Positions 22,654 through 33,620 of a stretch of DNA of 64,000 bases are shown here, piece by piece. Both the position numbers and the translations under genes were made by a program. Every line of letters begins with the position of its first letter. Position 1 is the first letter of the stretch. Source of the DNA: Candidatus Hydrogenedentota bacterium (GTDB taxonomy: Bacteria; Hydrogenedentota; Hydrogenedentia; Hydrogenedentales; SLHB01); the NCBI GenBank assembly GCA_045863295.1, contig BTWA01000024.1, positions 29,608-93,607 on the forward strand. Reading direction: 5' to 3'. Below the pieces are notes generated by a model. That model did no database searches and was not told where the DNA came from. It worked only from the letters and a program-made list of their open reading frames with translations.

Positions 22654-25600
22654 ATGGCCGACGCGCTGATCCTCACGGGACCGCATCGATCCGATCGTTC
22701 CAATGCCGTTGACCGGCTCGTAGCGAATTCCTGGGGCCGTGTCCAATTCGTGTTGCCTACGCGCCAGGCGGCAAATCGGCGCTTGGACCGAATCCTCGTG
22801 AATCATGCATTACCCGGGGCTTGGGGCCGGCCCGTGCTGTCTTTGGAAGATTTTGCCCGGTCCATCGTAACTACGCAGACCCCCACAATTGATGTAATGG
22901 ACGAACTGGACCGGCGGCTTATCCTCGAAGACACCTTGGCGCAACTACCCGAAAGCATAACCGGGAATCTGCCGGAAGGCGTCATCGACACGCCGGGATT
23001 TGTCGCCCATGTGCTTCGGATTATCACGCAACTGAAACAAGCGGCCGTAGACCCTGACGAATTTGCACTCAAAGTGGCAGCACGCTCAAAACCGTCCTGG
23101 ATCGATCCCGTGGTTTCCGGCGTGTATGACGCCTATCAAAAGGCGCTCGAAAATACGACTTTGTTTGACCGCGTCGGCGTCTATTGGGTTGCCGCCAATA
23201 TTTGCAGAACTGGATCACCTGACTGCCTGAAAGAAATAGACCTCATCGCGTTCGACGAGTTCGACGACTTCACTCCGTCGGAATTCCGGTTGATTCAAGC
23301 ACTGACTGCGGCAAGACCGGATGTGAGTCTGGTATTTGGCTTGTTGCTGGACACGCTTCAGCCGTCCATGGCCGAAGTGTATGCAATTCCCAACCACACG
23401 TTCCAAAGTCTTCGAGTCGCGTTTCCCGAAGCAACACACAACGCGTTCGAAGAGTCTCATGCGGCCACTTTCACCGAATTCGCCGCTTCGAGTCTCTTCA
23501 CGAGGGATCCAGCCCTCGTTCCGAGTGGCTTGCGGCCAAACCTGACACTGGCGCCAAAAGCCGATGGCCTGCAGGAAATCGAACACATCGCGCGGCAAAC
23601 AAAAAAACTTGTGCTCGATGAAGGCGTTTCGCCCGACCACATCGTGGTGGCATTTCGTAATATTGGTGATGTAGCCGACACGCTACGCGGCGTCTTTCAT
23701 GAGTTTGGCGTACCCGCAATCGTCGCGCACGATCCCTCACTCACGCAAAGCGCCATCGTAAGTTTCGTTTTAAATCTTCTTGCTGCAACTACCGCGTGGC
23801 CGCGGGACGCAGTGGCCGATGCGCTCATGTCGCCCTGGTATCAGCCCGATAATGGACTCACGCAGGATCAACGGCAGTGGGTGGCACGTTTAGCGTTGGA
23901 AGCAGGTATTGTCTCGGGTCGCGCGGAATGGATTTCGAAATTGTCTGCTTTGCAGGACCGTCTGCAAAAGCAACACGAGTACACCGATCATCTTCGCCGT
24001 AGGCTGCCGGACTCACACTCGCTGCTTCAAAAAGTCATCGATGAAGTGAAACGCTTGAGCAACTGGTCGGATTCAATGCCGCGGGAAGGTCGCTTACAGC
24101 ATCACGCCGCCGCACTGCTGGCTTCGTTGAACCTCCTGGGATTGGACCGGGGTTTAGCGCAATACCCGGTCCAGGAAATCGCGGAGCCCGAAGCGCGTGC
24201 CTTGAAAGCCTTTACACGAATCCTCATCCGGCTGGCGGAATGGACAGGAGTTGGGCGGGGCGACCTGGATCGCAACGCATTCGCACTCCAATTGCGCCAG
24301 GCATTGCGACTTGCCACCTATGCACTGCCCCGCCCGGATTCCGGCGTGCGATGCATCGATCTCGAGTCACTCCGCCACACGCCAGCAAAGTATGTCTTCA
24401 TAGGAGGCGCCAATGAGGGAAGTATTCCTAGGCCGCCATCCCTCAACGCCGTCTATTCGGATGCCGACTGCGTTGACCTGCATCAGGCGGGAATCGCCAT
24501 CGATAGCAAAGGTGAACACATCTCACGCGAAATGCTGCAGTTTCACCACGCCTTGTCCTCTGCCGTCGAGGCCCTGGAGATTACCTGGCGGTTGAGCACA
24601 CGGCAGGGCAAAGTAACGGCAGAAAGTCCCTTTGTCAGCGATCTCAAATCGTTGCTGGGAGAACACCTGGCGCTCAAACGTGGAAGCACGTCCGATTTTG
24701 TACCCCCCGCGAATAGCATTGGCTCAAACCGGGATTGGTGCAATGTCAACGTGGTCGCCGGGCAATTTGCAACCGTAACCGGTTGTTTTCCAATGGTCAT
24801 GCATGCTCTTCGGATTGAACGCGAGCGTCAATCCACCATGCCGTTCGGTATCTACGACGGAGTCATTCAGGCTTCCGAGTTAAAAGCCCGACTGAAAGAA
24901 TCGTACGGTCCCGGCCACGTATTCAGTGTTAGTCAATTGGAGACATTTGCGGAATGTCCGTTCGCATTTTTTCTCGAAAGGGTTCTCGATGTCGTTTCAT
25001 TGGAAGCGCCCGAATCCGATTTCGATCCCCGCGTTCGCGGGATGATTCTGCATCGCGTACTGGAATTGTTTCACAAGGAATATGCGGGTATCGGTGTCGC
25101 TTACATGAACAAGGACGACGCTTGGCGAAGCATGAAAGCTCATTTGCATACGCAATTTGATCGGTACGCGGAAATGGGAGGCACGTCTGAGGGCGTTCGA
25201 ACCATGGAGCGGCTGCATGCCGAAAAGATTCTGCAGCGCTATCTGGCCGATCAAGTGAGTCAACGGCATGAAGTGTGGATGCCCACGCACTTCGAAGTGG
25301 GGTTTGGCCGTTTGCGTGGCGCAGCCGCCACGCCGCCGGGCCGCGTGGATCCTTACGTATTTCACACCGCCGGTGACAAACTGCTCTTTTCTGGCCGAAT
25401 CGACCGCGTGGACTCGTGCCAGGATGGCCTGCGTATAGTCGATTACAAGACGAAACTGCGGGTAACAGGTGCAAAACTGAGAGACGGCGTGAACCTTCAG
25501 CTTGGCGTCTATGCCGATGCCATGGATCAGTACCTGTTTCCGGAAGAGAAGTGCACCGAAGCGATATATCTGGAAATTGGAAGCGATGAGATCGTGGGCG

Positions 25601-25800
25601 CGCACGCCAAGAGCAAGATTAACGTGGATAGACTGCGAACAATCGCGCAGGAAAAGTGCGGTGTATACGTGGGCTTGATTCGAACGGGGAGCTTTCCTCC
25701 CACGAGTTACGATCACAAACTGCCTTATGCCCATCGTGCACACAGGCCGTGCAGATTCGATCGTACACGCATTGAACGGAAGGAATCGGCGTCCTCGTGA
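22654..25800 (+). CDS. addB: AddB/RexB-like helicase-nuclease subunit (PD-(D/E)XK nuclease)
   Basis: Degenerate helicase N-terminus; FSVSQLETFAECPF, GRIDRVD, IVDYKT and QLGVY nuclease motifs. Confidence 0.8.
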   Translation: MADALILTGPHRSDRSNAVDRLVANSWGRVQFVLPTRQAANRRLDRILVNHALPGAWGRPVLSLEDFARSIVTTQTPTIDVMDELDRRLILEDTLAQLPESITGNLPEGVIDTPGFVAHVLRIITQLKQAAVDPDEFALKVAARSKPSWIDPVVSGVYDAYQKALENTTLFDRVGVYWVAANICRTGSPDCLKEIDLIAFDEFDDFTPSEFRLIQALTAARPDVSLVFGLLLDTLQPSMAEVYAIPNHTFQSLRVAFPEATHNAFEESHAATFTEFAASSLFTRDPALVPSGLRPNLTLAPKADGLQEIEHIARQTKKLVLDEGVSPDHIVVAFRNIGDVADTLRGVFHEFGVPAIVAHDPSLTQSAIVSFVLNLLAATTAWPRDAVADALMSPWYQPDNGLTQDQRQWVARLALEAGIVSGRAEWISKLSALQDRLQKQHEYTDHLRRRLPDSHSLLQKVIDEVKRLSNWSDSMPREGRLQHHAAALLASLNLLGLDRGLAQYPVQEIAEPEARALKAFTRILIRLAEWTGVGRGDLDRNAFALQLRQALRLATYALPRPDSGVRCIDLESLRHTPAKYVFIGGANEGSIPRPPSLNAVYSDADCVDLHQAGIAIDSKGEHISREMLQFHHALSSAVEALEITWRLSTRQGKVTAESPFVSDLKSLLGEHLALKRGSTSDFVPPANSIGSNRDWCNVNVVAGQFATVTGCFPMVMHALRIERERQSTMPFGIYDGVIQASELKARLKESYGPGHVFSVSQLETFAECPFAFFLERVLDVVSLEAPESDFDPRVRGMILHRVLELFHKEYAGIGVAYMNKDDAWRSMKAHLHTQFDRYAEMGGTSEGVRTMERLHAEKILQRYLADQVSQRHEVWMPTHFEVGFGRLRGAAATPPGRVDPYVFHTAGDKLLFSGRIDRVDSCQDGLRIVDYKTKLRVTGAKLRDGVNLQLGVYADAMDQYLFPEEKCTEAIYLEIGSDEIVGAHAKSKINVDRLRTIAQEKCGVYVGLIRTGSFPPTSYDHKLPYAHRAHRPCRFDRTRIERKESASS

Positions 25801-28800
25801 AACCGACTCCAAGCCAAACTCGCGCAGTAAAAACCGACGCCCGATACGTATGCGTCGATGCCGGCGCGGGGTCGGGAAAGACCCGTGTGCTTATCGAGCG
25901 AATAGTGGATCGTCTCGCCCGGAGGGAATGCGGCTTAGAGCAGATGGTCGCTATCACATTCACGGAAAAGGCGGCTCTGGAAATGAAGGAACGCCTGCGG
26001 ATCGCATGCCGCATGCGCGCCAAGGCAGCCGAGCAGAATCCGAACGAGCAATCGTATTGGCGCACCTTGGAGCGCGGAGCGGATACAGCGCGAATCACCA
26101 CTATTCACAGCTTTTGCATGGCCATCGTGAAAGAGCACGCCCTACGGCTCGGCATGGATCCGGATTTCGCGATTTTGGAGGAGACGGACGCATACCTCCT
26201 GCTACGAGATACCGTGGAATCGAGCCTGCGCGAATTATACGACAAAGGGTTTGAGCCTGCGCTACGTTTGGCGGTCGAGTTTGGCGGCGCCGCGTTGGCA
26301 GCCATTGCCATGGATTTGATGGGACGGCATGGCTTGGCGGCGAGGTTGTGGGCCGAGGAACACGGCGATACCACGCCTGAAGCATTGGCTGAAGTTTGGA
26401 AAGCACGGATCGAGAAACAGAATCAGGATCAGGCAGACGCACTTCGAGAATGTCCGGAACTGGCAAGGTTGTATTCCGAGGTCATGGAACTCAAAGCCGA
26501 GTGCCACAATACAAAGGATAAACGCGAAGTGTCTCGCGCGCTCCTTGAATGGGCAATTCGGGAAATACAAAGTGGTAGTCCAAACAGAGTGACGGCATCT
26601 TTGGGGCGATTGAGGGAGGTAGACGGACGTACCGGCTCAAAGTCCAATTGGAGTTCCATGGAAGCGTTTAAACGTCCCATAGAAATACGGGACCGCGTTA
26701 AGGAAATTGGTGACGAATACACTATCATTGAATTCCTGCCGGAGCGCGAACTAACGGCAGCGCAAGCAACGCTTGATCTCGCGGCCGTGCTGACTGCCAT
26801 CGACAATGACTTTGTCAAAGCCAAACAACGGATGAATGTTGCGGATTTCGACGATTTGCTGTCCGAAGCGCATCGCATACTGTCGGCTCACGAAGCAATT
26901 CGTGCCGACGTGGCCGAGGGTATTCGGCATTTGTTTGTCGATGAATTCCAGGACACCGACAGCCTTCAGTACTCCATTGTGTCATTACTAGCAAGTGGCT
27001 CACAGGGCGTGTCCCGGTTTATCGTCGGGGATGCCAAGCAGTCCATATATCTTTTTCGCGGCGCCGAAGTAGATGTGTTCCAGCGCGCTCGCTTGGAAGC
27101 GGATGAACGCATTCGCCTTGGCGTCAATTTCCGGTCGTTGCCCAATGTGTTCGCTTTCATTGACGATTTCTACAGGCACACCAATTTGTTGGCTTCGGTC
27201 GAACCGGAATACTCCGAAACTGAAACAAGTCGATCTCCGGTTGGCGATGCCCGCATTGAGTTTTTGATTCCCGATCCTATTCCAGATGATGAACATGAAG
27301 AAGCGAACGCGGAGGCCTACCGGCGTCTCGACGCAGCCATGATCGCATCCCGCATCAAGTCCCTGTGCGCTCCTTCAACCGGAATCGATATCGCAGACCC
27401 GGCAACGGGCTCAATACGCAAAGCAGCCTATGGAGACATTGCCCTGTTGTTCCGTTCGTTTTCAAACGTGCCGTTGTATGAACGCACCCTGCGTGAAGCA
27501 GGAATCCCTTTCACGGTCGTTGCTGGCACGGGTTATTACGAACGTCAGGAAGTATTGGACTTGCGAAATCTGCTCTCCGTGGTCGCCGATCCCTGGAACG
27601 AAATGGCCTTGCTCGCCGTATTGCGCGGACCTTTTGTCGGCATTTCTGATGAAACCTTATTGCGCTTGCGGCTAACCCCTTCCGGCAACATCGCTCGGGC
27701 ATTCTACGGTGAAATTGTAACCGGTGTGGACACGGAAGATGATTTGCTCGCGGCTGGACGCCTCCTGCTGGCCGATTTGCGCGCACGCGCGGAATGGCCC
27801 CCGACCGCTTTGCTTCGGTATATCCTCGAGCGCACCCAATTTGAAGCCATGCAACTGGGGCAATTTCTCGGCGTTCAAAAGGCCAGTAACGTGCGAAAAG
27901 TCTTGGATCTGGCGGAAGGATATGTCCGGTCGCATTCACCGTCATTGCCGGCATTTCTGCGTTTCCTGGCCGAGGCGGCGGCCGAGGAGATTCGCGAAGG
28001 CGAAGTATCTCTCCAAGTCGAAGACAACCAGTCTGTCATCGTAATGACCGTGCACAAATCAAAAGGGCTCGAATTCCCCATTGTCTTCATTCCAGACATG
28101 TCGCGTAAATCGGAACCGGCCGCTACAGCGCATGCCCTGTCGGAGCGATCGCTTGGCTTGGCCGTGCGCGTGCCGGATACGCGTGGCAAGACGGATTCCT
28201 CCGCCATGTTTACCCTTATCAATCAAAAGCGCAAGCAAGCCGAACGCCAGGAGAGTGCCCGTGTGCTGTATGTGGCCATGACTCGCGCACGGGATTACCT
28301 CGTGCTCAGTGGCTCGCCAAAGCCGACAGCAAATTCCTGGTTTGAGCCAATGAAAGCGCGCTGGGATCTGGCCAATGTGCAGGATGGGACCGTCATTGAA
28401 GGCATGGGGTGGAAGGGCAGGGTGGTTCGGCGCGTCAACCCGACGACTGCCGAATTCGAACCGCAAGAAACCTCTACGCCGGTGGATCAAGCAAGTGCTT
28501 CACGCGTTGCCCCCATTGCCGCGCCAAGGGCGAATGACGCAGTGTGGCGTGCAACTGCGATTGCGGCGATACTGGCGGAAACATCGGAGATCGACGAACC
28601 GTGTTCAGTGTCCGGTTCAAAGGACTACTCGCTGGATTCCACTGTGCGCGGTGATTTGGTACATCGATTTTTTGATCGCCTCCACCACGGAAACACGCCG
28701 GAATCGGCCTCGGCCAGCATCGCGCGGGAGGCAGGCCTCCACGGTCCCGCCCGGCAAGCATTTGAAGAAGATTTGTTGTCCATGAATTGCCGTTTCTCCC

Positions 28801-29171
28801 GGTATATCGCCGACCAAGGCTGGCTCGGCCGGGCGATGCAGGGAGTCGAGGTGCCGTTTACGTTGCAGGTAAACGGGCACATCATCCGTGGGGCGGTCGA
28901 TCTGGTATTGCCCGACGGTTCCATTCTCGATTACAAAACAGGCGCACACCGGAAGGCAACGCACGCCAAGTACGAATGGCAACTGCGCATCTATGCCATA
29001 GCCATGAAAACAATTCGTGGCGTTGCGCCGCCACGCGCGTTCGTGTTCTACGTGGATGAACGAGAGAAGGGCGAACTGGTTTCCGTGGATGTGTCGCCGG
29101 CTTGCCTTACCGGCGGTTTCGATCAAGTTGCGGCCGTATTGAATTCATCGCACCCGGGCCCAAACGGATGA
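25797..29171 (+). CDS. addA: AddA/RexA-like UvrD helicase-nuclease
   Basis: AGAGSGKT, TFTEKAA, VDEFQDT, VGDAKQSIYLFRGA, TVHKSKGLEFP, LYVAMTRA and C-terminal DYKTG/QLRIY. Confidence 0.88.
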   Translation: MKPTPSQTRAVKTDARYVCVDAGAGSGKTRVLIERIVDRLARRECGLEQMVAITFTEKAALEMKERLRIACRMRAKAAEQNPNEQSYWRTLERGADTARITTIHSFCMAIVKEHALRLGMDPDFAILEETDAYLLLRDTVESSLRELYDKGFEPALRLAVEFGGAALAAIAMDLMGRHGLAARLWAEEHGDTTPEALAEVWKARIEKQNQDQADALRECPELARLYSEVMELKAECHNTKDKREVSRALLEWAIREIQSGSPNRVTASLGRLREVDGRTGSKSNWSSMEAFKRPIEIRDRVKEIGDEYTIIEFLPERELTAAQATLDLAAVLTAIDNDFVKAKQRMNVADFDDLLSEAHRILSAHEAIRADVAEGIRHLFVDEFQDTDSLQYSIVSLLASGSQGVSRFIVGDAKQSIYLFRGAEVDVFQRARLEADERIRLGVNFRSLPNVFAFIDDFYRHTNLLASVEPEYSETETSRSPVGDARIEFLIPDPIPDDEHEEANAEAYRRLDAAMIASRIKSLCAPSTGIDIADPATGSIRKAAYGDIALLFRSFSNVPLYERTLREAGIPFTVVAGTGYYERQEVLDLRNLLSVVADPWNEMALLAVLRGPFVGISDETLLRLRLTPSGNIARAFYGEIVTGVDTEDDLLAAGRLLLADLRARAEWPPTALLRYILERTQFEAMQLGQFLGVQKASNVRKVLDLAEGYVRSHSPSLPAFLRFLAEAAAEEIREGEVSLQVEDNQSVIVMTVHKSKGLEFPIVFIPDMSRKSEPAATAHALSERSLGLAVRVPDTRGKTDSSAMFTLINQKRKQAERQESARVLYVAMTRARDYLVLSGSPKPTANSWFEPMKARWDLANVQDGTVIEGMGWKGRVVRRVNPTTAEFEPQETSTPVDQASASRVAPIAAPRANDAVWRATAIAAILAETSEIDEPCSVSGSKDYSLDSTVRGDLVHRFFDRLHHGNTPESASASIAREAGLHGPARQAFEEDLLSMNCRFSRYIADQGWLGRAMQGVEVPFTLQVNGHIIRGAVDLVLPDGSILDYKTGAHRKATHAKYEWQLRIYAIAMKTIRGVAPPRAFVFYVDEREKGELVSVDVSPACLTGGFDQVAAVLNSSHPGPNG

Positions 29172-30136
29172 ACCCCTTGGTACATCGTATGGTCTGGTTC
29201 GTTGCCATGACCTTGTGTGTCTTTCCAGTTGCCCTCGCGGATACCCTTCGTCAAGGAAAGTTTGAGATTACGTATGAGTCAAGAGACGCGGCTTATGCCA
29301 CGGAGGCCCTGACACTTCTGGCCGAAGCCGCGGACGAGTTTGCCATGCGTCTGCCCATGGGAAATGCACCGGTGTTCGTCCACATCTGCTCCACGCATGC
29401 CGCCTTCAGCAAGTTTGCCGGGCCGTTCGCGGAACCGGCTGTCGCGGCCGTGGCGTTGCCCGAAGCAAGCATCATTGCTGTCAAGACACGCGACCTCATA
29501 GGCGGCCCGTCCGATTTTGACGGCACGTTGCGGCATGAATTTGTGCACGTACTTATCCATCGGAACTTCGCACCAGGTTCCATACCCCGATGGTTGAACG
29601 AGGGCATCTGTATGATGCTGGCAAGGGAACAACGGTGGAATGCCGCATACCAACTCGGGATGATGTACTGGTACAACCGGTTGCTTCCGTTAAATTCCCT
29701 GGAGTTGGCATTCCTGGAACCAGGCAAGGAAATGGCCTTTGGAGACGCATACGCCCAAGCTCTATCCATGACCGAGTTTCTGCACAATCAACTGGGGGAT
29801 GACACATTCTGGGCAATGGTAAAGGACCTGGAGACCACACCATTCGATATGTCTCTGCTACGGCACGGTAATCTTACTCTTGCTCAGTTTTACGAGGATT
29901 GGCGTGCAACGCTTCGCGGATTTGCCGTTTTACTTTCCATTGTGTCAGGATTCAGCGTGTTTCATCTCATGGTAATCCTCGCCGTGTTTGCGTACATTCG
30001 CAAGCGCCGAAAAGGACGGCGGCTCCTTGCCGCCTGGCGCGAAGAGGAAGCGGAACCTGAGGCGATCCGATTGCCATGGGATTACGAAACAGCGTCCGAA
30101 GACGAACCCTGGCGCGCGGACGACGATGATCGATAG
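29168..30136 (+). CDS. Peptidase MA-family metallohydrolase, membrane-anchored
   Basis: Signal peptide, LRHEFVH...PRWLNEG zincin motif, C-terminal TM helix. Confidence 0.8.
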   Translation: MNPLVHRMVWFVAMTLCVFPVALADTLRQGKFEITYESRDAAYATEALTLLAEAADEFAMRLPMGNAPVFVHICSTHAAFSKFAGPFAEPAVAAVALPEASIIAVKTRDLIGGPSDFDGTLRHEFVHVLIHRNFAPGSIPRWLNEGICMMLAREQRWNAAYQLGMMYWYNRLLPLNSLELAFLEPGKEMAFGDAYAQALSMTEFLHNQLGDDTFWAMVKDLETTPFDMSLLRHGNLTLAQFYEDWRATLRGFAVLLSIVSGFSVFHLMVILAVFAYIRKRRKGRRLLAAWREEEAEPEAIRLPWDYETASEDEPWRADDDDR

Positions 30137-30186
30137 CCCGCACCAGCACGGATGAACGGTGAATCGGCGTAGAGGTTTCAGTTGTT

Positions 30187-32244
30187 TTGACATTGTATAC
30201 GAGCAAGCCCGGCCAAGGTTATCCATACGGCGCGACCCCTTCACCAGATGGGGTACATTTCGCCCTGTTCAGCATGCACGCGACCCGCGTATGGCTCGCC
30301 CTGTTCGACAGTCAGGACGATGACACCCCGTATCAGGAGTTTGAACTGATTCCCGATACCCACCGGACCGGCCACGTGTGGTCCATCTTCGTCGAAGGGC
30401 TGGCCCCCGGCGCGCTCTATATGTATCGTGTCGACGGCCCCGCCGGCAAGGACTCTCCACACCGATACGACAGCAGGCAATTTCTCTTGGACCCCTACGC
30501 GCGAGAATTCGCGGGCGCCCCGTCCATGAGAAGACCCAAATGCCGTGTCGTCGCCACGGCCCCGACAGCCCGCGCGGTCCTGCCCAAGACAATGCCTCCG
30601 GGGCAGACGATTGTCTATGAAGTGCATTTGCGGGGCTTCACGCAACACCCGAGCGCCGGCGTTGCCGACCCGGGCACTTTTCGCGGGTTTATCGAAAAGA
30701 TTCCGTATCTCAAAGACCTTGGAGTGACTGCTGTTGAGTTCCTGCCCATACAGGAATGCGGCGAGTATGACGTGGGCCGCAAAAATCCCGATACCGGCGA
30801 CTCCCTGACCAACTTCTGGGGGTACAACACGATCGGTTTCTTTGCTCCCAACCGCCGCTATGCATCCGAGGGCGCCCAAACCCCGGCCGGGCTCGAGTTT
30901 CGAAACCTGGTTGACGCGCTTCATGACGCCGGTATGGAAGTGTACTTGGACGTCGTGTACAACCATACCTCCGAGCGCAACGACGCGGAGGGCGCTCAAT
31001 GTTTTCGCGGTATCGACAATGCCGTTTACTACATGACCAACGAGAAAGGCGAATACCGCGACTTTACCGGTTGCGGAAACACGCTGGACTGCACGAACTC
31101 CGTCGTCCGTGAATTCATTCTTGATTCGCTCCGCTACTGGCGGTCGGCATTCGGTATCGATGGATTCCGGTTCGATCTGGCCGCCGTCTTCCGCCGCGAC
31201 GGCTACGGTCAAATCGTGCCACATACTCCTGTAATAAGCCGGATTGCTGAAGACCCCGTGCTTCACGGTGCACGACTCATTGCCGAACCGTGGGACGTCG
31301 GCGGCGCATACCTGGTGGGAAGTTTCGGCGATTCTCGCTGGTCCGAGTGGAATGGAAAATACCGCGACGACGTCCGCCGGTTCTGGAAAGGCGACCGCGG
31401 TGTGAAAGGCGACTTCGCGTTGCGGCTCACCGGAAGTCCCGATCTGTTTCAAGACGACGGCCGGACTCCCTTGCACAGCGTGAATTTCGTCACTGCGCAC
31501 GACGGATTTACCCTTCGCGATCTCGTTTCATACAACGAAAAGCACAATGAACCGAACGGTGAATCCAGCCGGGACGGGCACAACGACAATCACAGTTGGA
31601 ACTGCGGCATCGAAGGCGATAGCGACGACCCCGAGATAAAGGAACTGCGGATGCGGATGCAGAAGTCCTACCTCGCAACGCTGTTTACGTCGCTCGGTAC
31701 ACCCATGCTTTTGGCGGGCGATGAACTCGGCCGCACGCAGCAAGGCAACAATAACGCCTATTGCCAGGACAACGAAGTGTCGTGGGTTGATTGGTCCTTG
31801 CTCGACGAGAATGCGGAGCTCTTCAACTTCTGCAAAGAGATTATTCAATTCCGAAGGGAAAATGCCGCCCTCACGAAAGACACCTATTTCACGGGACGCC
31901 CCAACCGAAAAGGGGGAGAACCGGACCTCCTCTGGTTCAATGCGGGCGGCGATCACCAGCGATGGGATCCAGACGACCTCTCGCTGGCGTGCCTGATCGA
32001 TTCCGACGTGAACAATGGCTTGGCGTTATACATAATGTTTAATCCTTCCCTGATGGCACTTCAGTTTCGCATTCCACGCGGCAATTGGAAGGTGCGCGTA
32101 GACACCGCCAAACGGCCTCCTCGCGATATCATGGCGCAGGAAGAAGCAACACAAGTGAACCTGGATCGAGTGATCGTGGGAAGAAAAGCGGTCATGATCC
32201 TCTCTGGCATTCTTGAACCAAGGGAAAAGCCACGGCCGGAATAG
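30187..32244 (+). CDS. glgX: Glycogen debranching enzyme (isoamylase)
   Basis: NFWGYNT, DVVYNHT, DGFRFDLA, IAEPWD, NFVTAHDGFTL and GNNNAYCQDN motifs. Confidence 0.95.
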   Translation: MTLYTSKPGQGYPYGATPSPDGVHFALFSMHATRVWLALFDSQDDDTPYQEFELIPDTHRTGHVWSIFVEGLAPGALYMYRVDGPAGKDSPHRYDSRQFLLDPYAREFAGAPSMRRPKCRVVATAPTARAVLPKTMPPGQTIVYEVHLRGFTQHPSAGVADPGTFRGFIEKIPYLKDLGVTAVEFLPIQECGEYDVGRKNPDTGDSLTNFWGYNTIGFFAPNRRYASEGAQTPAGLEFRNLVDALHDAGMEVYLDVVYNHTSERNDAEGAQCFRGIDNAVYYMTNEKGEYRDFTGCGNTLDCTNSVVREFILDSLRYWRSAFGIDGFRFDLAAVFRRDGYGQIVPHTPVISRIAEDPVLHGARLIAEPWDVGGAYLVGSFGDSRWSEWNGKYRDDVRRFWKGDRGVKGDFALRLTGSPDLFQDDGRTPLHSVNFVTAHDGFTLRDLVSYNEKHNEPNGESSRDGHNDNHSWNCGIEGDSDDPEIKELRMRMQKSYLATLFTSLGTPMLLAGDELGRTQQGNNNAYCQDNEVSWVDWSLLDENAELFNFCKEIIQFRRENAALTKDTYFTGRPNRKGGEPDLLWFNAGGDHQRWDPDDLSLACLIDSDVNNGLALYIMFNPSLMALQFRIPRGNWKVRVDTAKRPPRDIMAQEEATQVNLDRVIVGRKAVMILSGILEPREKPRPE

Positions 32245-32266
32245 AAAAATGGCCGGTTCGGACGCG

Positions 32267-33547
32267 TCAAGAGCGCGGCTTCAAATACGGGTCAGCGAAG
32301 TCCATATACCGTTGCCAGTCGTAGAGTGTCACGTCATGCTTGCCGGGCCGCATATGGTAACTGACGAAACCCGCAACGGGCACACCCGCCGCGGGCATCG
32401 TTTCCACGGACATGCATTCCAGACCGAAAAGCCGGTACACCGGACCCGCATGAAATGCCGAGAGAAATTCGCCTTTCGGATCGGCCCAGCGGTCTTCCTC
32501 CGCACTAGCCACATATACCGGCCGGGGGGCTATCAGGGCGATAAGTTCGTGTTGATCGACAGGTAACGAGTCTTCCTTGTCGTTGTACTGAGTAAAATTG
32601 TCGCAAAACCAGTGCGGAAACACCCGGTTGATTCGTTCCACCTTTTCGCCAAACCGCCGCCGGGCAAGCGCCGCCCCGCCACATCCCGAATTGTTGGAAA
32701 TAACCATGGCAAATCGTTCGTCCGTAGCCCCGGCCCATAACGCCGTCTTACCCAGCCGCGAATGCCCAATCACGGCCACACGTTGCGCCGCCACCAGTGG
32801 CTCCAGTTCGAGGTAATCCATGATGCGGCTCAGGCCCCATGCCCAGGCCCCAATCGATCCCCATTCGTCTGCCGCCGGCGCGTGTTGGCCCTCCGCGTAA
32901 AAGAGGGGATGCACGCCGTTCTGAAAACCGTCGTCAAAATCCGGATCGATATCCCCGTAATACGCCGTTACCAACCCATACCCGCGCGAAAGTATCGCGT
33001 CAACGGCCCAGCGATTCGAACTCGCGCCGCGCGTCGCCTCGGTCGCACGATTGTCCACGACCCCGCTCTCCTTGCTCTCCCGCATCCACGCATCGGAAAG
33101 AAGGATGTTCGGGTCGCGATAAACCGTGTGATTTCCTCCAAAGTTCAGCCCAAGAAAAACCGGTACCGGCCCCTTGGCCTGCCTCGGAACATAGACAAGT
33201 ACATCAATGCGCGGACGCTCCGCGCCGTCCGAAAGGTAAATGGAGACCTGCTTGCGAATGGCCGCGCCACCAAACGCATACATGTCCATTTCCTTTTCTT
33301 CAACGCGGAAGTAAGGCGGCTTGCCCGGCATCTTGCCGTATACGTGCGATTCAAAGAGAGCGAGAATCTCCGGCCGTCGCTTTTGTTGCCACTGTTCCTT
33401 TGTCGTAACGGCGGTTCCATCCAAGGCGACCAGAGGATCGGGCAGCGTATAGGCGGGAACGGCGGCCTCGTCGTAATTGGCTTCCTCCTGGGAGTGCGCT
33501 GTCAACGGAAACGCAACACACGCGATCAGAAGAAATAATCTCGTCAT
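32267..33547 (-). CDS. Secreted CE15-like glucuronoyl/acetylxylan esterase
   Basis: Signal peptide; AWAWGLSR, GHSRLGKTALWAGA, SGCGGA and LPVDQHELIALIAPRP motifs. Confidence 0.85.
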   Translation of the reverse strand: MTRLFLLIACVAFPLTAHSQEEANYDEAAVPAYTLPDPLVALDGTAVTTKEQWQQKRRPEILALFESHVYGKMPGKPPYFRVEEKEMDMYAFGGAAIRKQVSIYLSDGAERPRIDVLVYVPRQAKGPVPVFLGLNFGGNHTVYRDPNILLSDAWMRESKESGVVDNRATEATRGASSNRWAVDAILSRGYGLVTAYYGDIDPDFDDGFQNGVHPLFYAEGQHAPAADEWGSIGAWAWGLSRIMDYLELEPLVAAQRVAVIGHSRLGKTALWAGATDERFAMVISNNSGCGGAALARRRFGEKVERINRVFPHWFCDNFTQYNDKEDSLPVDQHELIALIAPRPVYVASAEEDRWADPKGEFLSAFHAGPVYRLFGLECMSVETMPAAGVPVAGFVSYHMRPGKHDVTLYDWQRYMDFADPYLKPRS

Positions 33548-33620
33548 AGTGAAATGGTCTCCCTTGGAAGGACTGGTGCGACCCCACAACCGCCTCAACA
33601 TGGATCGCGCGTAGCCAGGA

